Below the pieces are notes generated by a model. The model was not told where the DNA came from. It saw only the letters and a list, made by a program, of their open reading frames with translations, and did no database searches. A stretch of DNA of 64,000 bases from NCBI GenBank assembly GCA_045640225.1, contig JAZUEP010000136.1, positions 13,771 through 77,770 on the forward strand, in the 5' to 3' direction. Positions 36,527-45,809 of the stretch are shown here, piece by piece. Position numbers and translations under genes: made by a program. Positions within the stretch are counted from its first letter, which is position 1. The number at the start of each line of letters is the position of its first letter. The DNA comes from Bacteroidales bacterium. GTDB lineage: Bacteria; Bacteroidota; Bacteroidia; Bacteroidales; UBA3663.

Positions 36527-38119
36527 TCACTCGTCGTAGAGCAGCTTACGGACGTCGGCACGAAGCTGGGCTACCTGACGCTTGAAACCATCCATGCGCT
36601 GGGCGATGATCTGTTGTACCTGTGGGCTCGAGAAGACGTGCGTACGGATCTGGGCGGACAACATGGTAGCCTCCTGGAAGAGCTGGTCGACAGCCGATTC
36701 GCAATCCTCCAGATTGGCGCAAGCATTGGGGATAGGTGGCTCCATGCCTGAAGGCTGCTGCAGTGCTACACCACGCGAAGCACGACGCAACGGATAACGG
36801 GTGCCATTGATATAGAGGTTCATCGAGTCGCGATAGAGGTTGATGCGCTGCAGGCTTGCCTCATGCTCGCCGATGTTGTCCGGATTGGTATAGGCACGGA
36901 TCAGCTGTCGACGTGGCTGTTGCGGATCGCGATACATCACGCCACGGATAGCCGGTTCGTCGGCACTACGCGTTGGCAGGTGCTTGAAGTCAGGCACATA
37001 GATAAAGGTAGGCGCCACGCCCTGGGCCTCGGCCAGCTGGTAATAGATACCGTCGAAGATGATGAGGTCGTCGTCGCGATGATCGCCTCGCAGACGAGCC
37101 TGCTCGAGCACTTCGCGCACGGCACGGCCTCGCAACGCCTGGCTGACCTGTCGCTGCAACACGTCCATACGCTGAAGGAAGGGGCTGAAGATGGATTCGG
37201 CCACGATCTTGCCTACCGACTGTAGTTCGTCCGGTTCGTTCCAGAGGCAATGGATAGCCAGCTGGAGGTCAGGCAACGAGACTTCGCCACGGTCGTGAAC
37301 GAAGGCCGAAGCACGAAACAGGTGGACGATCTTCTTCCAGCGACGGTCGCTGACATAGATGTCGCGATGCACGTCCTGCCCCTCGATGACTACATCGTGC
37401 AAGGCCTGGCGGATGTCAGTGATGGCCAGCAACACGGGACGAGGCACGGCAACCTCGTCGATCTGTTGTTGCCATTGCTGATATTCCTCGTCGTTGATGG
37501 TCAGGCCCTCGGCCTTCGGGGTAACGGTCATGGAAGGTTGAGTATGGGTATGCTGCTGCACCATACGATAGAAATTCTCCTCCTCGGCAATAGGCTGCGA
37601 CACGAGGCGAATCAGGAAACGGTCCCACAATGCTTCCAGACCCTCGCCCTGGACAGGCAGCTCGTTCGACGCTCCTATCAGCAGCTTCAAAGGCAAGCGA
37701 AGCTGTTGATTTCCGTTCAGATAGGTCTTCTCGTTGATGACGGTCAGCAATGTATTCTGTATGGCTGGTCCCGCCTTCCAGATCTCGTCGAGGAACACCA
37801 CATCGGCCGACGGCAGGTAGCCATCGACACAACGCTGATATTCGTCGTGTTCCTTCAGACGCTGGATGCTGACAGGGCCAAAAATCTCGTCAGGCGTGGA
37901 GAAACGCGACATCAGATATTCGAACGAACGGGCGTGAGCAAAAGCCTCCTTCAGGCGTCGTGCCACCATACTCTTGGCTACACCTGGAGGGCCTAACAGG
38001 ATCACGCTCTCGCCAGCCAGGGCAGCGAGCAGCGACAGCGCCAGTTCGGCGTCCTTCTCGTAGACGCCCTCGCCTATCTGACGCAAAAGAGATTGGATTC
38101 GGGTTTTCATAGCAGACAT
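36527..38119 (-). CDS. MoxR-class AAA+ ATPase (RavA-like)
   Basis: Walker A LLGPPGVAKS, Walker B VVFLDEIWKAG and sensor LIGASNELP. A C-terminal extension of about 300 aa is present. There is an alternative ATG at 38110. Confidence 0.8.
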   Translation of the reverse strand: MSAMKTRIQSLLRQIGEGVYEKDAELALSLLAALAGESVILLGPPGVAKSMVARRLKEAFAHARSFEYLMSRFSTPDEIFGPVSIQRLKEHDEYQRCVDGYLPSADVVFLDEIWKAGPAIQNTLLTVINEKTYLNGNQQLRLPLKLLIGASNELPVQGEGLEALWDRFLIRLVSQPIAEEENFYRMVQQHTHTQPSMTVTPKAEGLTINDEEYQQWQQQIDEVAVPRPVLLAITDIRQALHDVVIEGQDVHRDIYVSDRRWKKIVHLFRASAFVHDRGEVSLPDLQLAIHCLWNEPDELQSVGKIVAESIFSPFLQRMDVLQRQVSQALRGRAVREVLEQARLRGDHRDDDLIIFDGIYYQLAEAQGVAPTFIYVPDFKHLPTRSADEPAIRGVMYRDPQQPRRQLIRAYTNPDNIGEHEASLQRINLYRDSMNLYINGTRYPLRRASRGVALQQPSGMEPPIPNACANLEDCESAVDQLFQEATMLSAQIRTHVFSSPQVQQIIAQRMDGFKRQVAQLRADVRKLLYDE

Positions 38120-38120
38120 A

Positions 38121-38169
38121 CAAAAAAACGAATGACCGTCGCGGAGGAGAAACCTCGTCGACAGTCATT
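38121..38169 (-). terminator. Intrinsic terminator of rpmH
   Basis: The minus-strand RNA is AAUGACUGUCGACGAGG-UUUCU-CCUCCGCGACGGUCAUU, pairing 15 of 17 positions including one G-U, followed by CGUUUUUUU. Confidence 0.7.
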
Positions 38170-38253
38170 GTTTATCCTCGAAAGGGATTTTGGTGAATCG
38201 TTAGCCAGACGAATTAACGCATGTAACCTAATAAAAAAGATTACACCGCGTTT

Positions 38254-38403
38254 TTAACGCATGGTGTCACCTACGGTCAGGTTCTTACGACCCTTAGCAC
38301 GACGAGCGGCGAGGACGCGACGACCGTTCTTGGTGGCCATACGAGCGCGGAAACCATGCTTGTGGAGACGGCGATGGTTGTGTGGCTGGAATGTCATCTT
38401 CAT
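38254..38403 (-). CDS. rpmH: 50S ribosomal protein L34
   Basis: Below the ORF-track size cut-off. My translation is [49 protein letters not shown] (49 aa), a close match to the L34 pattern MK.TFQP.....K..HGFR.RM.T..GR.VL..RR.KGRK.L. Confidence 0.9.
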   Translation of the reverse strand: MKMTFQPHNHRRLHKHGFRARMATKNGRRVLAARRAKGRKNLTVGDTMR

Positions 38404-38476
38404 AATTGTACTCTTTATATATTATATTTATAGATTTGTGACGCTCTATAGTGGCTTGATTGCCAATTAGCGGGTG

Positions 38477-38484
38477 CAAAAGTA
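38477..38484 (-). promoter_or_regulatory. -7 promoter box (TACTTTTG) for rpmH
   Basis: Plus strand reads CAAAAGTA, 73 nt upstream of the ATG at 38403. Confidence 0.4.
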
Positions 38485-38558
38485 GCAAAAATTATCGAAT
38501 TGGCCAAATATTTTTATGATTTTCTTCAAATATTTTTGTTTTTCTCGTAGAATTTCGC

Positions 38559-38566
38559 TATCTTTG
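38559..38566 (+). promoter_or_regulatory. -7 promoter box (TATCTTTG) for efp
   Basis: TATCTTTG followed by CAGCC, 48 nt upstream of the ATG at 38615. A TTTG lies about 20 nt upstream and fits the -33 element. Confidence 0.5.
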
Positions 38567-38614
38567 CAGCCGCAAGATGGCAAAATCACAAGTTTATATA
38601 TAAAAATTTGAATT

Positions 38615-39181
38615 ATGGCAATCAAGTCACAGGACATCAAGAACGGCACCGCCATCCGTATGGACGGCAAGCTGCAGGTAGTAGTAGAATTCCTCCACGT
38701 TAAGCCAGGTAAGGGCAACACCTTCATGCGTACCAAGCTGAAGGACGTGGTAACCGGTTATGTAGTCGAGAAGCGTTTCAACATCGGTGAGGTTCTCGAG
38801 GATGTACGCGTAGAGCGTCGCCCTTATCAGTTCCTCTACATGGACGGCGAGGATGCTGTCTTCATGGAGCAGGAGACCTTCGAGCAGGTTACCATCGACA
38901 AGGATATGGTTGTAGGTGGCAAGTTCATGAAGGAAGGTGACGTTGTAGAAGTTGTTCGCGACTCGACCGACGAGACCATTCTGACCGCCGAAATGCCTGT
39001 CAAGACCGTCCTCGAGATTACCGAGATGGAGCCAGGCGAGAAGGGCAACACCGCTACCAACACCCTGACCAAGGCTACTGTTGAGACCGGCAACATCGTA
39101 ATGGTGCCTCTCTTCTGCAAGCAGGGCGACAAGATCGTGGTTGATACCCGCGACGGCAGCTACGTTGAGCGTGCTAAGTAA
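38615..39181 (+). CDS. efp: Elongation factor P
   Basis: MAIKSQDIKNGTAIRMDGKLQVVVEFLHVKPGKGNTFMRTKLKDVVTG; 188 aa. Confidence 0.95.
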   Translation: MAIKSQDIKNGTAIRMDGKLQVVVEFLHVKPGKGNTFMRTKLKDVVTGYVVEKRFNIGEVLEDVRVERRPYQFLYMDGEDAVFMEQETFEQVTIDKDMVVGGKFMKEGDVVEVVRDSTDETILTAEMPVKTVLEITEMEPGEKGNTATNTLTKATVETGNIVMVPLFCKQGDKIVVDTRDGSYVERAK

Positions 39182-39223
39182 ATAATTGTCAGATTGTAAA
39201 TCTTCAAATCGTCAGATTGCAAG

Positions 39224-39934
39224 ATGGTAATCACCGAATGGGCCCTTGAGGACCGTCCGCGTGAAAAGATGATGGCCAATGGTGAAGAGTCTTTAACAGA
39301 CACTGAACTGTTGGCCATCCTTATTAACAGCGGAAGCCAAGGCAGATCGGCCGTCGATGTGGCACGCGAAGTGCTGCAGGAATGCCACGGAGATCTGGAC
39401 ATGCTGCACCTGCGGCTTAATCCTAACTACACTCCCGATGCCAAGGACGGGCGCAAGTTGCTGAAGGGTATCGGACCGGCTAAATCGTGCACCATCCGTG
39501 CGGCACTCGAACTGGGCCGACGCATGGGACGACAGCAGGACATCAAGCGTACCCAAAACCTCCCCGTCGAAAGCAGCGAACGCATTGCGGCACAATTCAG
39601 CGAACAGCTATCGCACATCGACCACGAAGAGCTATGGGGCCTGTATATGGCCAAGAACGGCAACATCCTGGCACGCGTCCAGATTGGTGTAGGCGGTGCC
39701 GATGCTGCAGCGGCCGACGTGAAGAAGATTGTACAGCCAGCTATTCTGCACATGGCCACGAACGTGGCTTTGTGTCACAACCATCCACATAGCGCACCAC
39801 GGCCCAGTCGCGCCGACATCGAACTGACACATACGGCACAAAAAGCCCTGGCGATGTTCGGTGTGAGGCTTCTGGATCACGTGATCATCGCTGACGGAAG
39901 CTTCTACTCGATGAACGATCATGGAGACCTATGA
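39224..39934 (+). CDS. radC: RadC-family JAB/MPN domain protein
   Basis: LEDRPREKMMANGEESLTDTELLAILINSGSQGRSAVDVAREVL, with the C-terminal JAMM motif ALCHNHPHSAPRPSRADIELT. Confidence 0.85.
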   Translation: MVITEWALEDRPREKMMANGEESLTDTELLAILINSGSQGRSAVDVAREVLQECHGDLDMLHLRLNPNYTPDAKDGRKLLKGIGPAKSCTIRAALELGRRMGRQQDIKRTQNLPVESSERIAAQFSEQLSHIDHEELWGLYMAKNGNILARVQIGVGGADAAAADVKKIVQPAILHMATNVALCHNHPHSAPRPSRADIELTHTAQKALAMFGVRLLDHVIIADGSFYSMNDHGDL

Positions 39935-39964
39935 TCTTCGAGTTCAGAGTTTAGAACAGAGAGA

Positions 39965-40810
39965 TTAGAGAGAGTTGTTTAGAGCGGAGAGCACAACGAC
40001 ACGGATGCCACGGCAATGACGAGCCGAACGGGCATAGGCAGCAAGCGAAACATCGCTGATACATACACGACCGAGGGACGAGCTGGCATGGAGCAGATGC
40101 GGCTCGCCCTTTGTCGTATCAGGCCACCAGACAAAGCCTACATGCTGCACGTCGAGGCCCGGACGATCGGTGACGAAGGCTATGATATCGCCATGATGGA
40201 GCGAGGAATAGGCCTCAGGAATAGCCGCAATCGGAATGTAGTTAAGAGCGAGCGAGGAAAGGCTGTCCTCGACCTGACGAACAGCACGAAGCAATGCATC
40301 ACTGCGCTGCAGCTGGGGATAGTATTGCGGATGGGAAGTCATGAAGCCAAAGCTGGCATCCAGCGGCTCGGCACCCGGACATGAGGCCGTGACTTCGGAC
40401 AACAGTCCCTGACGCGTGGCATCGACGATCCACTCGGTAAAGTAGTGCTTACGGGTGGCATAATTGCCTCGTTGCCCGCCTCGATAGCGCAGGCGCGACA
40501 ACAGGTGGCAATAGGCGCTGTCCGTGGCCGATGGCACGACAGAACGGCTCAACATTGAGGCAGCCACATATTCGACAAACGTGGTGCAATCTACTGCATC
40601 GGTACGAAGTACCAAAGGCTCGACAAAGGTATCAGGATTGGCCGGAAGCGGATCAGGCTCGAGTGTCGAGGCCACATAGGGCACTGCTGCTTCCAGATAG
40701 GGTGCGACAACGGTATCGAAGTCGACAGCCGCCGTGGTGTGACAACCTTGTGCCAGCGTAGCGAAAGCGGTCGAGACCAACAGGACGAGGAAGGAGAGGC
40801 AACGTGTCAT
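39965..40810 (-). CDS. DUF1460 (N-acetylmuramoyl-L-alanine amidase-like) domain protein
   Basis: A signal peptide is present. AVDCTTFVEYVAASML and HVGFVWW...LLHASS resemble DUF1460-family proteins. Confidence 0.5.
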   Translation of the reverse strand: MTRCLSFLVLLVSTAFATLAQGCHTTAAVDFDTVVAPYLEAAVPYVASTLEPDPLPANPDTFVEPLVLRTDAVDCTTFVEYVAASMLSRSVVPSATDSAYCHLLSRLRYRGGQRGNYATRKHYFTEWIVDATRQGLLSEVTASCPGAEPLDASFGFMTSHPQYYPQLQRSDALLRAVRQVEDSLSSLALNYIPIAAIPEAYSSLHHGDIIAFVTDRPGLDVQHVGFVWWPDTTKGEPHLLHASSSLGRVCISDVSLAAYARSARHCRGIRVVVLSALNNSL

Positions 40811-40865
40811 TGCGTGAGATTACAAAAGAGATTTAATAAAAAGCCAGAGTCCGACAGGGCCGACA

Positions 40866-42746
40866 TCAGCGCACAAGGATCTTCTGACCATTGACGATGT
40901 TCAGGCCTGGACGCAGCTCATGACGACGACGGCCCATGAGATCGAATACCGGAGTATCGCCATCGGGCGACAGCAGAGCATCTGCATCTGCCTCTACCCT
41001 ATCGATACCCAGTTGCTCAGGATCGAAGTTCAGTTTACGATCCATCCACGACAGACGACGCACGATGTAATCGCGCACATTACGAACCTCGGCCTCGTAC
41101 GAACCCCAGATCTTTGGATTCTGATGGACGTAGGAATTCATGATAGGCCAACGCTGGAAGTTAAGCTGTTGCGAAGCTTCGAGCTGTGCGGCATGATAAT
41201 CGACGACAGCAAGGAGCGAATCTTCGGAAAAGACGCGTGACATGCGCAGTTCGGCCCATAATTCTTCGAGCTGCCGGAGCGCTGCATCGTCGTGCTTGAT
41301 GATACGATTGACAAACGAACGCATCTGACCGGCATACGAGCCACGCGAGGCGTAAATGAAGTCAGACTTCTGGCAGATGGGATAGGTACGGTTATCGTTC
41401 TCGTAGGCCAGGTCGAAGTCCCATACCGGACCGAAGTAAAAACGATCGTCCATACGAGGCTTGGTCATATAGGTACTCCAGTAAGTATCGGTATTACCCG
41501 AGAACTCACCCACCAGGAAGTGGCGTAGGAAACTATCGAGGTCGAGGTGGCTGCGATAACCGTCATCGACATCGGTGAAATTCGAGGCAAAGAGCGAGGT
41601 CTCGAGGTCGTTGAAGGCCTGACGAATGTAATTCTTTTGTACCGAAAGTATAGAATCGCTATCAGGCGACTTGATCGTGACAGGATTGCTTCGCGACGAA
41701 TAGAAGTAGCAGGGCTCGCCATTGGCATAGGCATCGACCTCGACAAAGTAACCGCCCGTGAGGTCATCGCCCGATGTACAGCGCGGATCCATCTCGTCGA
41801 TCTCCACACGTCCCTTATGGACCTCGACCTGATCGCAAAGCTGGTAACACCCTTTATATTCACCATTGAGAATGACATCGACCGCCTCGCAGAATGGCGT
41901 ATAAGGCAGACCTACACGGCGACTGAGGTCGAAGGCCAGAATGTTGCGCATCAAAGTCTTGTCGCCATAATTATTGATAAGCGTCCATTTCTTGGCCTTG
42001 GCTGGCGAGCCGAGGACGTGATGCTTCTGGTCGAACTTGATGCGATAGGGTTTCTTGGGGAAATCCTTCGAGGCATTGCCACGCAGACGGATGGTACAGG
42101 TATCGGCCAGGATCTTGGCACCTTGACGCGAGATGATGCTGACATAAGCTGACAGCTCGGTGGTCTTGTCGCGCGGAACCTCCTCGTCGGCCACATGAAT
42201 CGTGACAACAGGAAGATTCGTTGGCTGATAGAAAAGCGAATCAGTACCAGCATCCGGTAGGCCATAAAAGGCCAGTTCGGCAATATTGCAACGCGAATCG
42301 TTCGGACCTACATAACGCACGTAACGGAAGCCACGCGAGACCTCGACATCAGTATAGAACATCTCACCAGGCTTTCCTTTTGCCGTAACCAGGTAGAGGG
42401 GAACGGCATCGAGAAAATCTTCGCGATTAGCGCCTTCGAAGACGCCAAGTTCGGTGCGCTTTGGACCATTGTCAACGTTACGAGCGGCCCAGGCAAGACC
42501 GGTAACAACGCAAGGTTCGCCGAAGTCAAGGCCTACCCATCCGTATGAGCGCTGATAGGAAGCAAAGAAGGTATTGGTATCGTCGTCGAAGACTTCAGCC
42601 GGACGATTGGCCGTAGTAGACGAACGGTTGGTGGAATAGTCGTACGAGAGCTCGCTGCCGATGGGTGTACCGGTGAGGCGGGGCGACGTCTGTGCCTGCA
42701 GGCATGGGACGAGGACCAGAGCGAGGAGAAACAACAGCTGACGCAT
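40866..42746 (-). CDS. CotH family protein with an N-terminal discoidin (F5/8 type C) domain and a T9SS C-terminal domain
   Basis: The discoidin-like part is PAEVFDDDTNTFFASYQRSYGWVGLDFGEPCVVTGLAW. The CotH core is GNTDTYWSTYMTK...FYFGPVWDFDLAYEN. The tail is ...VFDLMGRRRHELRPGLNIVNGQKILVR. Confidence 0.8.
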   Translation of the reverse strand: MRQLLFLLALVLVPCLQAQTSPRLTGTPIGSELSYDYSTNRSSTTANRPAEVFDDDTNTFFASYQRSYGWVGLDFGEPCVVTGLAWAARNVDNGPKRTELGVFEGANREDFLDAVPLYLVTAKGKPGEMFYTDVEVSRGFRYVRYVGPNDSRCNIAELAFYGLPDAGTDSLFYQPTNLPVVTIHVADEEVPRDKTTELSAYVSIISRQGAKILADTCTIRLRGNASKDFPKKPYRIKFDQKHHVLGSPAKAKKWTLINNYGDKTLMRNILAFDLSRRVGLPYTPFCEAVDVILNGEYKGCYQLCDQVEVHKGRVEIDEMDPRCTSGDDLTGGYFVEVDAYANGEPCYFYSSRSNPVTIKSPDSDSILSVQKNYIRQAFNDLETSLFASNFTDVDDGYRSHLDLDSFLRHFLVGEFSGNTDTYWSTYMTKPRMDDRFYFGPVWDFDLAYENDNRTYPICQKSDFIYASRGSYAGQMRSFVNRIIKHDDAALRQLEELWAELRMSRVFSEDSLLAVVDYHAAQLEASQQLNFQRWPIMNSYVHQNPKIWGSYEAEVRNVRDYIVRRLSWMDRKLNFDPEQLGIDRVEADADALLSPDGDTPVFDLMGRRRHELRPGLNIVNGQKILVR

Positions 42747-42781
42747 TGCTTAGGAGAATTACGAATGACTAATTACGATTA

Positions 42782-44104
42782 TCAGCAATCGAGCTGGAAG
42801 GCTGGGCCTTGGTTGGTAGCCACGATGTTCTGTCCGAGGTTGACCGACTGACACACATTGACCAACGAGGGATTGTACGAACGCTGGAGACGAACGTAAT
42901 TCTCGGTAAAGCCATGCATCGGTGCATAAGAACCATCGCGCTGTAGTGGCGGCTGTTCCCAGAGGACATCATGAGTCGAAGAGGCCTGCGAAGCGTAGAA
43001 TGTCTGGAGTTTCTGCTCAGAGAGTTCGACGAGACGAGCCGTACGTTCATGGCGTTCAGGCATAGGAATAACAGGCTTGATATCGAGTGCCTTGGTACCG
43101 GTACGCTCGCTATAAGTAAAGGGATGGAGCTGCGAGACAGGCAGCGACTGCAGGAAGTCGTAGCTCTGCTGGAAAAGTTCGGCTGTCTCGCCACGCATGC
43201 CAGCCATAACATCGACGCCGATGAAAGCCTGTGGCAGACAGCTACGGATAAGCTCGATCTTGTGAGCAAAGAGTGCCGTGTCGTAACGTCGGCGCATAAG
43301 GCGCAAGACCTCGTCCGAACCGGCCTGAAGCGGGATGTGGAAATGGGGAGCGAAACGCTGACTATCGTTGGCTATCCAATGGATCATCTCGTCAGTGATC
43401 AGGTTAGGCTCGATACTGCCGATGCGATAGCGAGCCACGCCATCGACCTGATCGAGTGCGCGACAGAGGTCGAAGAACGACTGACCTGTAGAACGGCCGA
43501 AGTCGCCAATGTTCACACCTGTGAGCACAATCTCGCGACCACCTTTCTCGACCACCTCGTGTGCCATGCGGACAAGATCCTCGATCGAAGCATTACGGCT
43601 TCTCCCGCGCGCGAGCGGGATAGTACAATAGGTGCAGAAGTAATCGCACCCATCCTGTACCTTGAGGAAGTGGCGCGTACGATCGTCGGCCGAGCAACCA
43701 CCGTGGAAGGTGTGGATATCGCGATACTCGGTACGGTAGATGAGCGTCTCGGTACGCTTCTGAAGATCGCCCAGCAATGAAAGAATATTGTCGCCCTTGA
43801 ACTCGGTTCCGACGATGACGTCGATGCCCTCTACCCTATCGGCCAGCTGCTGTGGCTCAATCTGGGCATAACAACCGGTAACGATGACGTAAGCCGATGG
43901 ATTGTCGGCCACCAGACGATGGATCTGCTGGCGACTCTTGGCCGTGGCCTGCTCGGTTACGGCACAGGTATTGACAACCACAAGATCAGCCTTCTCGCCA
44001 CGCGCAGCCTTCTGGAAACCCAGCTGCGAAAGACGATAGGCCAACGTAGAAGTCTCGGCAAAATTGAGACGACAACCGAGGGTATAATAGGCGACGGTCT
44101 TCAT
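42782..44104 (-). CDS. mtaB: tRNA threonylcarbamoyladenosine methylthiotransferase MtaB (radical SAM)
   Basis: MKTVAYYTLGCRLNFAETSTL (UPF0004 domain). The radical-SAM cluster motif is CDYFCTYCTIPLARG. Confidence 0.85.
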   Translation of the reverse strand: MKTVAYYTLGCRLNFAETSTLAYRLSQLGFQKAARGEKADLVVVNTCAVTEQATAKSRQQIHRLVADNPSAYVIVTGCYAQIEPQQLADRVEGIDVIVGTEFKGDNILSLLGDLQKRTETLIYRTEYRDIHTFHGGCSADDRTRHFLKVQDGCDYFCTYCTIPLARGRSRNASIEDLVRMAHEVVEKGGREIVLTGVNIGDFGRSTGQSFFDLCRALDQVDGVARYRIGSIEPNLITDEMIHWIANDSQRFAPHFHIPLQAGSDEVLRLMRRRYDTALFAHKIELIRSCLPQAFIGVDVMAGMRGETAELFQQSYDFLQSLPVSQLHPFTYSERTGTKALDIKPVIPMPERHERTARLVELSEQKLQTFYASQASSTHDVLWEQPPLQRDGSYAPMHGFTENYVRLQRSYNPSLVNVCQSVNLGQNIVATNQGPAFQLDC

Positions 44105-44122
44105 ATTAATAATATAGAATAA

Positions 44123-44662
44123 TTAGAGGCAGAGGGCGCGAATCAGATGCTGAAACTCGCGATGCTCGAACTGCTCGGTGAATACCTCGCGACCCAGCTG
44201 CTGACGAAGCTCCTCGATCGTCCAGAACTTACCCTCGTCCACCTCATCGTGGTCAGGTGTAAGCTTGCCGTTATGCACAATATGGAAGGCCGTAACCAGC
44301 TCGCGCTCGCAGCTCGACTGCCAGATGTACTGATACATGAATCGTGGTTCGACGCGTAGGCGCAGGCCCAACTCTTCACGAGCTTCGCGCTTGACGGCCT
44401 CCTCGAGAGTCTCGCCGAAATCGACATGTCCGCCTACAGCCGTATCCCAGAGGCCAGGAGCAATATCCTTGGTCATAGAACGCTTCTGGAGGTAAAGACG
44501 ACCCATAAGGTCGGTGATGTGAAGATGTACAACGGGATGAAGAGCCATCGAGCCACCATGGCAATAGGCACGAGTAGCCTTGCCAACGACCTGACCCTCC
44601 TCGTTGATGATGGGAAACATCTCAGGCTTCTCTTTCTTGTCGGGGTATTGTAGTTCGATCAT
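44123..44662 (-). CDS. NUDIX hydrolase
   Basis: Nudix box GGHVDFGETLEEAVKREAREELGL. The start is set at the ATG at 44662 (MIELQYPDKK...) because the longer track ORF would run through the TATCTTTG box and into the WYL gene. Confidence 0.8.
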   Translation of the reverse strand: MIELQYPDKKEKPEMFPIINEEGQVVGKATRAYCHGGSMALHPVVHLHITDLMGRLYLQKRSMTKDIAPGLWDTAVGGHVDFGETLEEAVKREAREELGLRLRVEPRFMYQYIWQSSCERELVTAFHIVHNGKLTPDHDEVDEGKFWTIEELRQQLGREVFTEQFEHREFQHLIRALCL

Positions 44663-44697
44663 AGTAATGAGTGAGGAATGTAGTAACTTTCGGGGCG

Positions 44698-44705
44698 CAA
44701 AGATA
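44698..44705 (-). promoter_or_regulatory. -7 promoter box (TATCTTTG) for the NUDIX gene
   Basis: Plus strand reads CAAAGATA, 35 nt upstream of the ATG at 44662. Confidence 0.45.
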
Positions 44706-44732
44706 GCAATTTTGGCAGATAATTCCAAATTT

Positions 44733-45653
44733 TCAGTCCATTTTTTTCGGATTATCATCGTATAGAAGCGCCATCTGTTGCACATTGTCACGCATCTGCT
44801 CGCGAAGAGAATGAGGTTCGAGGACTTCGACACCCGGGCCATAACTGAGCAGATGGTTAACTAGATCGGGAGTGGTTGCCATCAAGAACTCAAAGATGCA
44901 GCCATCATCCAAAAACTGTACCACTCGCTGAGAATGATGAATAGGCAAAGTCCGAAGATAATTGGACCAGAATTTATTTGCACGAATACGAATGAAGTTC
45001 GGCGCCTGATCTCCTCCCGTATGCACACCGAAATAAAAGGAGAAGTAATCCGAAGCATGAAAATCAGCTGGCGGCTCGAAGTCAATGTTGTTCAGGATAC
45101 GAAGCTGACGAATACGATCAAGTGCAAAGACTTGGAGATGTGGACGATGATCCTTTCGACCAAGAAGATACCAACGTTGTTGTGACAGTTTGACGCAATA
45201 AGGTTCGATGAAACTCGTGATAGGCTCTGAATCGGCAAATTTGCGGTAATCCATCTCGAGTGCCTTGCCTCTTTTCATTGCCTGGACTATAGTAGAAAGA
45301 TGATATTGGCCAGAAGGGATTCCCTCGAATAGAATACGACTGCGCAAATGACGTCCCTCAACAACTATCTGGTTAATCGTGTAGGATGAAATTACCCATT
45401 CGGCAGCCAGTAGATTCTCGTTTGCCGCAATGTAGTATCTATAATGATCATGCAGATCACACTCGATGGCAACTCCCAACATATCAAAGGCAGAACTGAT
45501 AGCTCGGTGCAACTTGAGGCGAGACAACTCACTTCCACCACTGAGCTCCTCGTTTTCCCGCCAAAGCTGATCAAGTTCCCGCAATGTGAGTCTTCGGTAG
45601 TTTAACAGCACATTTACAAGCCAAATACAGACACGAGAGCGAATATTTTCCAT
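44733..45653 (-). CDS. WYL domain-containing transcriptional regulator (wHTH-WYL-WCX architecture)
   Basis: N-terminal HTH-like RRLTLRELDQLW, then the WYL core YCVKLSQQRWYLLGRKDHRPHLQVFALDRI. Third codon positions are clearly A/T-rich compared with all neighbouring genes. Confidence 0.7.
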   Translation of the reverse strand: MENIRSRVCIWLVNVLLNYRRLTLRELDQLWRENEELSGGSELSRLKLHRAISSAFDMLGVAIECDLHDHYRYYIAANENLLAAEWVISSYTINQIVVEGRHLRSRILFEGIPSGQYHLSTIVQAMKRGKALEMDYRKFADSEPITSFIEPYCVKLSQQRWYLLGRKDHRPHLQVFALDRIRQLRILNNIDFEPPADFHASDYFSFYFGVHTGGDQAPNFIRIRANKFWSNYLRTLPIHHSQRVVQFLDDGCIFEFLMATTPDLVNHLLSYGPGVEVLEPHSLREQMRDNVQQMALLYDDNPKKMD

Positions 45654-45724
45654 AAAATAGAAAAAAATGCGTTTTTTTTATCATTTTTTTTCAACCTGTA
45701 TCAATAAACGATACATGTTCCTCT

Positions 45725-45732
45725 TATCTTTG
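45725..45732 (+). promoter_or_regulatory. -7 promoter box (TATCTTTG) in front of the small membrane ORF
   Basis: TATCTTTG followed by CACC, 77 nt upstream of the ATG at 45810, with an A-rich leader in between. Confidence 0.45.
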
Positions 45733-45809
45733 CACCGTCAAAACGACAAAAACGTTCAGACAAACTAAAAAGAACAATTAATAACAACCAAATAAAAAGA
45801 CAAACAATT

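Noticed and set aside
44715-45700. T-rich sequences flanking the WYL gene (TTTTTTTCGGATTATCAT at about 44741 and TTTTTTTTATCATTTTTTTT at about 45673) as possible insertion-site direct repeats.
   Set aside because: The match is short and lies in A/T-rich low-complexity sequence. No integrase or transposase is nearby, so it cannot be told apart from chance.
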